This document shows, piece after piece, positions 1 through 36,731 of a stretch of DNA of 64,000 nucleotides. How positions within the stretch are numbered: position 1 is the stretch's first letter; every line of letters starts with the position of its first letter. Made by a program: the position numbers and the translations under genes. Under the pieces are notes generated by a model. It was not told the origin of the DNA. It worked only from the letters and a program-made list of their open reading frames with translations, and ran no database searches. This DNA is from Amoebidium appalachense (Eukaryota; Protista; Ichthyosporea), in NCBI GenBank assembly GCA_963693365.1, contig CAVNZM010000003.1:5856509-5920508 (forward strand), given 5' to 3'.

Positions 1-480
1 GGGGCACCAGTTAAGCCAATGATGAGCAAAGCATGGGCATATACATACAATGATTGCAACAGCCATAGATGTTGCAACGAGATAGTTGCTTAGATATATT
101 CACCGGATATCCAACGAGAGATAATTTTTTAAAATTGCAGATTTGAGATTATGTGTCACTGCCCTTCAGGCAATTGAAACATTTTCATACACACTGACTG
201 TATCGATATCACAGGATTCATCTTACGCTGTTTATTTAAAATTCATTGGTTCAGCGTTGGAATGCTGTGTACTACACACGGCACACCTTGCGAAGCCTAA
301 TATGGTAAATACTATTATGCTACCCCTGAGACACCACCATTCATTCATTCACACATACATTCCATAGATAGGCTATACATGTACTGTTTCGAGGTCTACC
401 AAAGATTACTTAAGGACATTGATTCCAAACCAAAAACGTTCATTGGTCCATCCCCCCTCCCTCCCCCCCCCCCCCCCAAA

Positions 481-554
<74 letters not shown>

Positions 555-585
555 GCGCACGCGCACGCGCACGCACACGCACACG

Positions 586-617
<32 letters not shown>

Positions 618-1134
618 AAAGAAAGAAAAGAAAATGGAGAAAGGAAAAAACCCGACAGCGGGATGCAAACCATCCCCTGAATGATTGTTTGGTCCACACA
701 TTCAAATGTAGTGGGTCCTATTGCAAACTCAAACCACCGAGCAAATCAAATAATTTTTACTAATATTATCAAATATCACTCAATCAAAATTTCATTCATA
801 CCGTGTGTGTCCTTTAGAGCTGCTATCCTGTAAGGCCGAAAGTGAGATATAATGGAATATACTTTCTAACGGTGCAGAAGGAAAAGGGAATGGCGAAAAC
901 AAAGAAAGAAAGACAACAAAAACCATATAGGAGAGAGGGAATGGGGGAAGAGAACACGACAACCACAAAATAAAAAATAAACAAATAAAATAAAATAAAA
1001 TAAAGAATGGTTCGTCGAAAACCTGCTTAGGTGGATATGGTTGCTTGTAGCCAGATGTGTGTGTATCATGATAGTTCTTTGAGTGAGTGACAGGGTCATG
1101 TGGTTGGTTATCTGGGTATTGGGAGAGTTGTGTT

Positions 1135-1172
<38 letters not shown>

Positions 1173-1222
1173 CCTCTATTTTTCTTTGTGGATGGGTGGG
1201 TGGGTGGGTGGGTGGTGGTGGT

Positions 1223-1269
<47 letters not shown>

Positions 1270-1360
1270 TGAGGCTAAGGTGGGGAGTAGAGGAGGGGAA
1301 AGGGGGGGTTCTGTCGGGGGTTCTACTAATATATCGAATAAATCTAGTGTCTAGGGTGCA

Positions 1361-22713
<21,353 letters not shown>

Positions 22714-22770
22714 TTTTCCCTTTTTTTTAGCAATCACACCAGCTATCGCTCAATATTACTGAGCTGGCGG

Positions 22771-22910
22771 TACGCGTACGCGTCAGTCATGACCACGGCC
22801 ATCTAGAAACACCGTCATGACTCAGTGAGTCAGAAATGTTGGCCTAGTTGTGCACATTGCCTGTTGGCGCAACCGCGCGGGGTTGCCATATATGGCATGT
22901 GCGCGAAAAT
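22771..22910. promoter_or_regulatory. Putative proximal promoter of the AAA ATPase gene, with a cluster of palindromic motifs
   Basis: ACGCGT twice in tandem (22772-22783), TGACTCA-G-TGAGTCA (22818-22832) and GCGCGAAA (~22901), all 60-190 bp upstream of the ATG at 22713. Confidence 0.35.
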
Positions 22911-25009
22911 AAGGCAAAGACGTTCAACCATTGAATCGGGGGCATTGAATTTTTTGAATCAAAATTGAATCACAATTGTCTAATTTTTATGCGCTTTATT
23001 TGGCAGGTAGCTAACCAAAAAAGGTTACTACTGTAATTTTCGAATTTTCCAGGGAGCCGCTGGCCCCGGGCAGCTGCGTGCAGAGTGATCATGGTCACCT
23101 GGGGGTTGGCAGTGGCCCTGAGGATACAGTATGTGTAAACAGGCACAGGGAAAACATCTACATTTTTTCACGTGTGCCTGTATAAAAAAAGATACTCAGT
23201 TTCAAACTCACTTCTGTGACTCAGAGTCGCGATACTGTACACGTGTCACGGCAGTCACCGAATGTGACACCGTACCGATCGGGTGCGTATATCATTGTAC
23301 ATGTATCACGGGTTCAAGTCCGCATGTTTTCTACATATGTAGCGAGGCCTAGCTATTGAGAAAACATTGATAAACATGTAGATAGCTTATATTTGTGTAG
23401 AAGTACTTTGACAATATTGCTGTATTATGTCTGAGGTACTATTCCTTATTTCCTGTAATAAAAGAATCAGGTTGTCAATATGTGAGACTACTCCAAGGCG
23501 TGGTGATAATAATAGCAATATCCTCTGGAATGCAATGGAATGCCACTTGGTGATCAAGTTAGCATGGCGATGCGGATGGTGAATAATAACTATACGTATA
23601 CAAGCAACTAATATTAATGTTACATCTCACTCGTGTGCTAGTACCATTCATAAATGTTCTCTCGAAAATACACGATTTTTGCAAGCGAGATTTTCCAGAG
23701 TAGATTCAATCGCATACTGTAGGCCGGCCAGACGTCGTATGCATGCGCACCGCCCACACCATTATGATGCACGTGTACGAATATTCGGCATTCGGAAGTA
23801 TCATGCCATGCATTCAAGTTGTAGCCCTCCCAGTTAGCATTGCATAAAGATGCATTAATATGACTAATAAGTAAACAAAGTAAGTTTTTAATGCGTATTA
23901 CTGTGGCAAATCTTTTGTGGACAGATATGGTCATGCTCCATTTCACATGTATGTACACTCCTCCGGCCCGTTTGTATTCGTCGCCATATCCCGATATTTA
24001 GTTACTTGGAATGTTTCGAAATTTCGGAAAACGCAACATGCATACCACAGGCTATTCCACGTACCCGGACGTAGTCGGACTGCGCGTTCAGACATCTGGC
24101 GCTATGGAACAGGCCTCTCGCACTCACGCGCCGGTGAAGTACAAAATTAGCGTTACTCGTGCATCATTCATGATCAACGTACGTACGCGTATAGATTATG
24201 CATGGCCATATGATGCTCTTCGCCATTCTACATGTATTTGTTTACGCGTCGTTGCGGAGTATAATATATGTGTCGTCAGTAGGTGCTTCAACGACTGTTC
24301 ATTGAGTGCGTTTGTACAAGTGTCGCCGGTGTGTCACGACGATCCGCACATGCGGAGGCTCCTCCTAAATGTAGACAAACCTGGATAAATCCCCCTCAAC
24401 TTTGTCGGCTTTGTCGGGGCTCAACGGTAAACGGAATTTTGAAAAGCCTCGCTTACTCCACTACGCCGTTTAATCATTATCAGGACTTTATAACACAAAC
24501 AAAACATTACAGATATATGTTATGCAAACCTTTGAGCGCATAAAAAACTGTCATAGAAAGTCAAAAATACGTGGATATTGGTGCATTCGACGCGTTTCCA
24601 GATTCTTAAAAATAGCTTAAATTTGAAAGCCAGTGAATTTTTAATTGTCAAAACCTCTACTGCTGCACATCTAGAGGAATCTATTTAGGTGGAGAGACCA
24701 ATCATCAGCGAGCATCCTCTTCGAATAGAATACATAAAAGGCAAGTTGTGGACACATAGCGTTGGGTCATTTTTGCGACTCGGGGCAGGAGTGCATGTGT
24801 TTTCAGAGTTGTTTTTGCTTCGATGGCCTGCATTGCCCATAACGAGTATACAGTAACCATACACAACCACATAACATTAACCACATCAACCACAACATCT
24901 AGAATCAGCATCACGCACATTTGAACACTGTATATGCTATCATCGGATCAATATAACTGAACAGGATCCATCTTCGCCTACCGAAATTTTCAAACAAACT
25001 CAGTGAACG

Positions 25010-28000
25010 ATGGGCAATTGTAAACGTTTGGTTTTTGCCTTTCTGGCGTGTGCCTGCCTGGATGTGGCCTATGCAGGCACCGCAGCCAGGCGGCAGCTTG
25101 ATACTCAGGATGGTCTAATCAACCCGGATTTGTACGATGACAACGTCGTCGTCGATAACAGCAATCTTAACAGAAACACTAAAGTTGGTTATAACCAGTA
25201 TAACTACAACAACCCTAAGCCTCGGTACTACAACAACTACAATAACTACATCAATGGGCATCGTGAGCCCGTGCCTCCCCCGCCGCCCATTTACAATAAC
25301 GGGTACCGCGAACCCGCGCCCGTTCCTGCCTATCGGGAAACGGTCACAAGGACGGCAACTGTTACAGCCACGGCCACCACAACCAAATTTGCCCCACCAA
25401 CAACAATCACCGCCACCTCAACAATCACACAGGCAGTACCTACGACTGTTTTGGTGCCGACCACTGTCACCGCAACAACAACGGCAGTTCGCACTGTTGC
25501 CCCCGAACCTTTCACGACCACATTTACATCAATACTCACAAAACCCACCACCCTCACTGCTACAACTACGCAACTTGTTCCTACAACCGTAACAGCAACC
25601 GCCACCACCACAAACGTAGTTGTGCGAACACTCACTAGCACGGCGATTCAAACACAATACGTCCCTACCACACTTATACAGACACAAACCACAACCAGCA
25701 CACGCATTCAGTACGTGTCCACCACCGCAACACAATACGTGCCGACAACACTTACACAAACCTCGACTTCTACTGCCACCCAGTACCTTTCGACCACTGC
25801 TCTAGTGCCCACAACTATCACACGCACGCAGACGGCCACTTTCACGGCCACACAACTTGTCCCCACCACAGAAACACTTACCGCCACCACAACAGCCACT
25901 CGAGTTCTAACAGCCACCACTACAGCCACACAACTCGTTCCAACCACCGACACCACCACCCGAGTTTCGGTCACCACGGCAACAGTAACCGCAACGGCCA
26001 CCCGGCTGCAGTACGTACCCACCACCCTCACGGCAACGGCTACCACAACACGCACGATTGTGGCAGAGCCATTTACCACCACGTCCGTTCGAGTTGTGCC
26101 CACCACCATCGTCGCCACCACCACCTTCACGGTCGTTGATGAGCCCGTCGTGCCCCTCCCAGTCACCACCACCGCCACTCGGCTCGTGCCTACAACCGTC
26201 ACTGCCTATCTAACCACAACACGCTTGCAGTATGTGTCCACCACCGCAACACAACTTGTTCCAACCACAAAGACACTCACGGCAACAGCCACCCAGCTAG
26301 TTTCTACGACGGCCACCGTCCGTGTGCCCACTACCATCATACAAACGGCGACGTTCACCGCCACGCAACTCCAGTACGTACCCACCACCCTCACAGCGAC
26401 GGCCACCACAACACAGCTCGTTTCAACCACACGAGTTTCGGTCACCACGGCAACTGTAACCGCAACGGCCACCCAGCTGCAGTACGTGCCCACCACCCTT
26501 ACGGCGACAGCTACCACTACACGCACGTTTGCGGCCGAGCCATACACCACCACACAACTTGTGCCCACCACCCTCATAACGACACTCACGGCTACGGTCA
26601 CACAGACAGCAACGTTCACTGCTACACAGCTCGTCCCAACCACCGCCACCACGACACGCCTGCAGTATGTGTCCACCACCGCGACTCAGTATGTCCCAAC
26701 CACCCTTATACAGACGCTCACGGCAACAGCCACCAAGCTCGTTTCTACGACGGCTACGGTACGTGTGCCCACCACAGTCATACAGACAGCAACGTTCACC
26801 GCCACGCAACTCCAGTACGTGCCCACCACCCTCACAGCAACGGCTACCACAACACAACTCCTTTCCACCACCCGCCTTTCGGTCACCACGGCAACCGTAA
26901 CCGCGACGGCCACGCAGCTGCAGTACGTACCCACCACCCTCACGGCAACAGCTACCACCACACGCACGATTGCGGTCGAGCCGTTCACCACCACCTCCAT
27001 CCGAGTTGTGCCCACCACCATCGTCGCAACCACCACATTCACGGTCGTTGATGAGCCCGTTGTGCCCCTCCCAGTCACCACCACCGCCACTAGGCTCGTG
27101 CCTACAACCGTCACTGCCTATCTAACCACAACACGCTTGCAGTATGTGTCCACCACCGCAACACAACTTGTTCCAACCACACAGACGCTCACGGCAACAG
27201 CCACCCAGTTCGTTTCCATGACGGCTACCGTCCGTGTGCCCACTACGGTCATACAGACAGCGACGTTCACCGCTACACAGCTCCAGTACGTACCCACCAC
27301 CCTCACAGCAACAGCCACCACCACACGCCTGCAGTATGTGTCCACCACCGCAACACAGTATGTGCCAACCACACAACTTGTGCCCACAACAATCATACAG
27401 ACATCGACGTTCACTGCTACGCAACTCGTTTCCACCACCCGCCTTTCGGTCACCACGGCAACCGTAACCGCTACGGCCACCCAGCTGCAGTACGTACCCA
27501 CCACTCTCACAGCAACGGCTACCACAACTCGTACGGTTGCGGCCGAGCCATTCACCACCACGTCCATCCGAGTTGTGCCCACCACCATCGTCGCCACCAC
27601 CACCGCCACTAGGCTCGTGCCTACAACTGTCACGGCAATCACCACCGCCACCGCCATTAGGACGCAATTGCAATATGTTTCTACTACCGCAACACAATAC
27701 GTTCCCACAACCCAAACCGTTACCGCCACGGCGACCCAGCTCGTCTCTACGACAGCCACACGTGTTATTACAGCCACCTTCACCGCTACACAACTTCTTC
27801 CCACGACCGCCACCACGACGGCCATTGCAGTCGCCTCGACTACCCTCACCCTCGTTCAGACGGCCACGACCACCCGTACAATCGCCGCGGAAGCCTTCAC
27901 CACCACACAGACACGTCTAGTTCCTACAACTGTTACAGTTACGCTAACGGATGTCAACTTTGCCGTACCAACCACCACCACCGCAACCGTTACAGCAACA

Positions 28001-28198
28001 GCCACCGCCACCACCACCCGACTAGTCCCAGCTGGTACAGCGGCTACGTTTACCACCACGGCTATTAAGACCCGCACGCGGTTTATGACCAAAACGGAGA
28101 CGGCTACCATTTCTAACTGCCCTCCCACTTTCACGCCGGCACCAACTCCGTGCGAAGGTTACGACTGCCCAGGTTTGGGTGCTAGCCTGCTGCAGTAA
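25010..28198 (+). CDS. Secreted Thr-rich repetitive protein (mucin/flocculin-like cell-surface or wall protein), 1062 aa, intronless
   Basis: Long uninterrupted ORF. Hydrophobic N-terminal signal-like segment (LVFAFLACACLDVAYAG), dibasic RR, an Asn/Tyr-rich then Pro-rich head, ~900 aa of TATQLQYVPTTLTATATTT-type modules with synonymous variation between copies, and a Cys-containing C-terminus. Confidence 0.9.
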   Translation: MGNCKRLVFAFLACACLDVAYAGTAARRQLDTQDGLINPDLYDDNVVVDNSNLNRNTKVGYNQYNYNNPKPRYYNNYNNYINGHREPVPPPPPIYNNGYREPAPVPAYRETVTRTATVTATATTTKFAPPTTITATSTITQAVPTTVLVPTTVTATTTAVRTVAPEPFTTTFTSILTKPTTLTATTTQLVPTTVTATATTTNVVVRTLTSTAIQTQYVPTTLIQTQTTTSTRIQYVSTTATQYVPTTLTQTSTSTATQYLSTTALVPTTITRTQTATFTATQLVPTTETLTATTTATRVLTATTTATQLVPTTDTTTRVSVTTATVTATATRLQYVPTTLTATATTTRTIVAEPFTTTSVRVVPTTIVATTTFTVVDEPVVPLPVTTTATRLVPTTVTAYLTTTRLQYVSTTATQLVPTTKTLTATATQLVSTTATVRVPTTIIQTATFTATQLQYVPTTLTATATTTQLVSTTRVSVTTATVTATATQLQYVPTTLTATATTTRTFAAEPYTTTQLVPTTLITTLTATVTQTATFTATQLVPTTATTTRLQYVSTTATQYVPTTLIQTLTATATKLVSTTATVRVPTTVIQTATFTATQLQYVPTTLTATATTTQLLSTTRLSVTTATVTATATQLQYVPTTLTATATTTRTIAVEPFTTTSIRVVPTTIVATTTFTVVDEPVVPLPVTTTATRLVPTTVTAYLTTTRLQYVSTTATQLVPTTQTLTATATQFVSMTATVRVPTTVIQTATFTATQLQYVPTTLTATATTTRLQYVSTTATQYVPTTQLVPTTIIQTSTFTATQLVSTTRLSVTTATVTATATQLQYVPTTLTATATTTRTVAAEPFTTTSIRVVPTTIVATTTATRLVPTTVTAITTATAIRTQLQYVSTTATQYVPTTQTVTATATQLVSTTATRVITATFTATQLLPTTATTTAIAVASTTLTLVQTATTTRTIAAEAFTTTQTRLVPTTVTVTLTDVNFAVPTTTTATVTATATATTTRLVPAGTAATFTTTAIKTRTRFMTKTETATISNCPPTFTPAPTPCEGYDCPGLGASLLQ

Positions 28199-28220
28199 TA
28201 TACATGTAGGCAAACACATG

Positions 28221-28307
<87 letters not shown>

Positions 28308-28986
28308 CTACTAGTGTAGGATATTCTAATTCTGTAGAAAGAACCGTGCCTGCGGCTATATATTAGATGGTGAGGTATTGCCGGAACATGAAACAATGAC
28401 TAGTTGCATATAAGAGGGGCGAGGGTCGTTATTGATTTCATTTGTGAAATAGCATATTAGTTGGTAATGGTTTTACATACCCAGAGGGGCTCTCTCGGGT
28501 TGATGCCACTATAGGAAAATGAACTTCACTCATGGTGCTAATATCTTCAACATTAGAATCTTAGACTTATTTAGGGAATTTAGGGCATCGCGAAGTTCAG
28601 AAATTGGTATGTGTTCATAAATATGCAGCACTGTTTGCAATACATAAGGGACACACACAGGTTATTACATGTGTAGACAGGCATAAGTGTACATTAATGG
28701 GGGCACAAAGGGAAAGATAAACCAAATATTGCAATTCCGGGCTCGAGTACAAGTGACTGTGTAATACCCACGTCATTGCCCGAAACAGATACACCCACAC
28801 ACACACACACACGAACACGAACACACGAGCACCCACCCACAAATACAAACACCCAAACTCACAATTTGCACATATGTATATACTTGCGCGCGCACATCAT
28901 ACAATCACCACACACACACACACACACACACACCACACACACACAAACACACACACACACATCCACACACACAAAAGCAGACACGC

Positions 28987-29076
<90 letters not shown>

Positions 29077-29269
29077 GCACACACACCCCGTTAATAAGTC
29101 ACTCGTTCACTCGCTCACTCACGATCACTCATTCACTCACTTCTCTCTTTCTCTCGCTCTCTCTCTTCCGCCCCCTCCCCTCCCTGCACTCACCCCTCCT
29201 CTATGTCTGCTTCTCTTAGTTCCCTCCCCCCTCTCCCCCTCCCCCCCTCCCCCCCCCCCCCCTTCTCTC

Positions 29270-32173
<2,904 letters not shown>

Positions 32174-32241
32174 GGGGAAGAGGCGGGGGGGTGGGGGAAG
32201 GGGGGGGGGGGGGGGGGATCCATCATGATGCAGCCGAGCAG

Positions 32242-32272
<31 letters not shown>

Positions 32273-34264
32273 TTAGTAAACACTCACACACCCACACACC
32301 TGGGCAACACCCACATCCACCCATCCCCCAACACCCTGCTTAGGGAGAGCCCGGCCTTTTGATCCACTATCGATCCCCAACTTATGGCAACCAACCATCA
32401 ATATGGCTACAGGTCAGCTCTGCTATATGCAAAAAAAAAAAAAAAAAAAAAAATTCCCTGGCTTGCGGTTTATGTTTTGCACATCTATGCTTTTAAGATA
32501 TTTTGCCTCTATTCTGTTCGTTGACCGTGTTGTGATACATTGGCTTACATCAATATTTTTCTGCATGATTTTTCTGCATGTCTTGGCACATCTCTTCAAT
32601 GTGATCCTTACTGTTGCACGTCTTATGGATGATTTGATACATTGTTCACGATGAAAACCCTTAAATCTGTGTTTTTTTTGAAGTATGCTACCAATAAAAG
32701 AAGTCTGAGACTCAGATTCGAACCAGTAATTTAAAGTATCTTGCCTGTGTCTGACGCCGGTCCGTGACCCTTTTTGGAAGAGTGACGTAAACTCGCTCAG
32801 TTTTACTCATTAATCAAGAAAAAGTACGGTATTAAATTCTTGCTTCAACCTGAATCCCCCCCCCCCCCCCCCCCCCCCGCTCCCCCATCCACACACAACA
32901 CGCCCAGAAGGGACCCACAGTGTCACACTCTCGTGCACGTGACACGTCATGTACAAATTTAAACACTCACGCTTCGTGTGACACACAAGCACATATATGT
33001 ATAGTATACTGCCTTCCTCTTTCCCCTCCCCTTCCCCCCCCCCCCCCCATCGGCCCCTCCTCCTCTCTCTGACACTAATAAATATGTATCACAGTGCATG
33101 CTGCAGAGAAGACGTTTGCACACTTGCTTGGTGCATATATATGCTCCAGTCCCCTCATCGTGTTTTATCACACAGTGGCTGATACATACCTATTAGCAGC
33201 TCTATTCTCACGCATGACCTGCGCATGCATGCATGATTTTCGTTCCCTTTCATGAACAACTAATATGCTGCTCCTTACACATAGGGTTTGTCTTCCTATC
33301 TTACACTTAGCATGTCTTTTTCTGAACTTCTTGCCTACTTGTAGTACATAAGCCTTTTCTCTAACTGTAGTTGTTGTAGACGTTGTGCGCTCACTTCTAT
33401 TTGGTTGTAAACAAACACGGGGCAATTCTATTGGCTAGAAATCATTCGAAATATACATGGCAAAGCCCTATTGTAAGACGAAAGAATCGCGGGCAGCGCT
33501 GTAGCGGCTGCCATTGTGTACCGGTATGTACGTATACTGCTTTAATACTGCCATCTCTCACCAGCGCTGAAAAGACAAACTATTCAAAACGGTTTGCTCG
33601 GCTTTCACAACTATGTATGTGAGCACATCCGGGCCACTCCACACTAACACCATATGTCCATACATCCAAAATTAAAGTAGAGTATTTCACGATGCCTTTC
33701 CACTATTATTAGCCGGGCTCCAATACCGGTACCCGTTGGTCTAAGCCTATCTGGAACTGGGTCTTTGGCACACTTGGGCAGCCGCGCGTGTCAGTAATAC
33801 GTTTGCAATACGTAGCAATGCTTATTTCTGATTGCATCATGATGCAAGACAGCTGGCGATCATCGCCTTGCAACACTTCTCTTCACCGCCTGCAGCGGAC
33901 GACTTGTCCTACACAACTTTTATTTGCGAATGAGAAGAAACGAGGTTGCCCTCCAGACGGTCTGCTGATGACTCCAACTCTAAGCCAAAGTCACTGACAC
34001 GTTGTTCATTTTCGCTTTTTTCGTTTCGTTGTTCGTTTTTGGTGAGACCTGTTAGGTCACTTGCAGGTGAAGCGGAAAGTCCTGCAATTTGGTTCAGTGG
34101 CAGAAAAGAGAGAGGCCAGGCAGAAACGGAGCGAACGAAGATGCATTTTGAAGGTTATAACGGCGTAGCTGGTTGGCGTGAATGCTAGTAGTCTCTACGA
34201 CCGTTTGGCGGAAGTGATGCATTGAAAATATTTAGAAGGCGCCCGGTGTACGCCGTACTGTATA

Positions 34265-34294
34265 CTAGCTTGTAAAGTCCGGCCCTTCGGGCCG
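34265..34294 (-). mobile_element. Helitron-like 3' terminus (GC hairpin, 11-nt spacer, CTAG|T)
   Basis: The minus strand reads CGGCCC-GAA-GGGCCG-GACTTTACAAG-CTAG-T, which matches the established Helitron 3' end architecture and A|T target. No Rep/helicase ORF and no defined 5' end were found. Confidence 0.55.
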
Positions 34295-34381
34295 TCCTTG
34301 TATAGTACATAATTTGACTGAATAACTATAGCCCAATGGAGCTATGTATAAGGTAATAAATATCTAATGGGTAAAAATATT

Positions 34382-34414
<33 letters not shown>

Positions 34415-34455
34415 AGGGGAGACGGGGAGGGGAGGGGAAAGGGGGGTGGTGGTGG

Positions 34456-34488
<33 letters not shown>

Positions 34489-34497
34489 GGGATATGG

Positions 34498-34671
34498 TAC
34501 GAATGGAGATGGGTTTTTCTTTTATATTGCTTGATTATCATCATCATCCGTATTATTATTATAAAATAAAAAAATAAAAAAAATTACGAATGGAGATGGG
34601 TTTTTCTTTTATATTGCTTGATTATCATCATCATCCGTATTATTATTATAAAATAAAAAAATAAAAAAATT
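34498..34671 (+). repeat. Near-perfect tandem duplication of an 87-bp unit
   Basis: TACGAATGGAGATGGGTTTTTCTTTTATATTGCTTGATTATCATCATCATCCGTATTATTATTATAAAATAAAAAAAT.. starts at 34498 and again at 34585. Confidence 0.9.
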
Positions 34672-35230
34672 TGGGGGGGGGGGGGGGAGGGGGGAGGGGG
34701 GGGGGCCAGAAGGGGGAGGGGAGGGGGGGGGGGGGGGGGGGGAGGGGGGAAGGAATGAGGAATTCAAGGAGAAGGGGCCTCGAATTCGAGGTTTTACATT
34801 GAAGGCACGTGATGAATTGAAGATTGCACACAAGGGGAAGGTTTTATTAAGGTCTTAATTAACGTTAACGATGAAATAAAACAGTGTTTGAAATATGTTA
34901 ACACTTGAGCCATGAGTATGGGCACGTCGTGTATCACATAAGTTCACTGACAACTTAAATATAAATGGTCATATATAAGTGAAGGCAAACAGTACGAAGC
35001 CGGCGTGAGGGGACTCAGACAATGCAGGCCCCTATAGTAGATAATTATTGAATGTGACATTATAGCAACTGTGAGCAATGCCTATTGGATACGCATAGAA
35101 TACAGTCACAGATAAAATATTACCATAAACTGAAAACTATGTAGAGCAAAAATCTGGGATCATACAAATATGACCCTAAAGCAAGGGATCTTGCACTGGC
35201 AGACTGTATTCATAGAAAGAAAGAATACAG

Positions 35231-36454
35231 TTATAAACCAAGCGGAATGGACCGTGGTCCAATTGGCGTTGGCAGGAGCGCTGCGCCTGAAGATCGGATG
35301 GGGTTGTAGGTAGAGGCAGCTGGGTTGGGGGGGCGGCGGTGGGGGGTGGTGTTGTTGCCGTCACTGTTGTCGTCATTACCAGGACCACCGCTGCCAGGCC
35401 CAGGACGTTTGTTGGGAGTGCCAAACAGATTACTGGAAGGTGACACATTGCAGGTGAAGGCGGTCTTCTTCCAATGCATGGCGAGGAACCCAGAAACCTG
35501 TGAAACAACATGATATACTAGCTACCAAATAAGCAAAATGTTGTTTGTGTATTATACTCAACTGTTCAAAGTCCGCTACAGTAAGTGTGTCGAATGATAT
35601 AGATGGTGTTCATGATGTGTGCCCAAATGCCAGTGGTTACTAAGTTGTGTGGCAAATCGCAGTAATTGTGAAGGTTCCAGAAGCGTGTAATTTTTATTTT
35701 TTTTGTTTCTTCTAAGGCATCCTTCATAATTTATGTATTTTTTCTTGAGGGGGTAGGGGGGTCGGGGGGGGGGGTTCAAGGGATGGGGGATCTGAGGGAG
35801 GGGAGGGGGGCGGGGGGAGGGGAGGGAGGGGGGGGGGGGGGAGGGAGGGGAGGGGGGGGGGGGAGGAGAGAGGGGAGGGGGGGGGAGGGACTCGGAGCTC
35901 GAGGGGAGGGGGGGGGGGGGGGGGGTTACATACGCCAATGCGAGTGCCAAGAGTCATGAAAGAGGAGTTGGCCATGTCGCTGAGAAGTCTGGCTGGAGTG
36001 GTCGCACGCAGGACATGTACAGTGTGGGATTTCCACATGTCCTGGCTGCTGTGACCGGGGCCACTGGCATAGGTGTCGTTTTGCAGCACAAATTCGTGCA
36101 CTGCTTCCTCGTCATGCATGATGGGGCGGCGGCCTTTGTTGTAGTCGGCAATGGTGAGAACGCCAGTGTAGAAGGCATATGTCTCAGGCATTAGCATCTG
36201 CGGAACGTTTCCATCTGTGGATCCAAAGCACATGAGTTAGCAGCTGTTGTGTATTCGTAGATCATGGTGCTGCAATGATCATAATGATGGAAATTTCAGT
36301 ATTAGCTACAGTGATTACAAATAAAGCATTTACCTAGGGCATATGCCAACTGAACACCAACTGTTACACTGATCATGCATATTATCTAGAGCTCGAGTGT
36401 TGCTTGATTTACACCGTCAGAAAGGTCCTTATCAAGCAGGCCCAAGAATGCCAT
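35231..36454 (-). CDS. Spliced orphan protein of unknown function (probable 3 exons), possibly Helitron cargo
   Basis: Exon 36214-35934 has an upstream GCTAAC branch site, a CAG acceptor and a GTATGT donor, and joins in phase to exon 35497-35231 (TTTCACAG|VSGFLAMHWKK..stop). The candidate first exon 36454-36415 (MAFLGLLDKDLSD) is phase-compatible but uses a weak GTGTAA donor. Confidence 0.5.
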
Positions 36455-36659
36455 ATTGTCGGCGTCCTTATCAGCACCATTATCAGCACCCTGAAGCTGA
36501 CATGGCACAAGTAAGGGTATCTGATGTAAGACTATCAGTACACTCTATATTGGAGGGTTTTCATTGGGGAGCCACTTTCACCCAATCCATCATGTTCGAT
36601 CTAGTTTGCACCCTTCTGAGAAACCATGCGGTGACCACGTGCCAAACACGAAACATCAA

Positions 36660-36731
36660 TCTTCGGTAGTATAGTGGTTAGTATCTCCGCCTGTCACGCG
36701 GAAGACCCGGGTTCGATTCCCGGCCGGAGAG
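36660..36731 (+). tRNA. trnD-GTC: tRNA-Asp (anticodon GTC), intronless
   Basis: Cloverleaf: acceptor stem TCTTCGG/CCGGAGA, D-loop AGTGGTTA, anticodon stem TCCGC/GCGGA with loop CTGTCAC, T-arm CCGGG-TTCGATT-CCCGG. Followed by TTTCTTTT, a Pol III terminator-like tract. Confidence 0.97.

Noticed and set aside
25330-28134. Val-rich minus-strand ORFs over the Thr-rich gene
   Set aside because: They are antisense shadows of ACN codon repeats.
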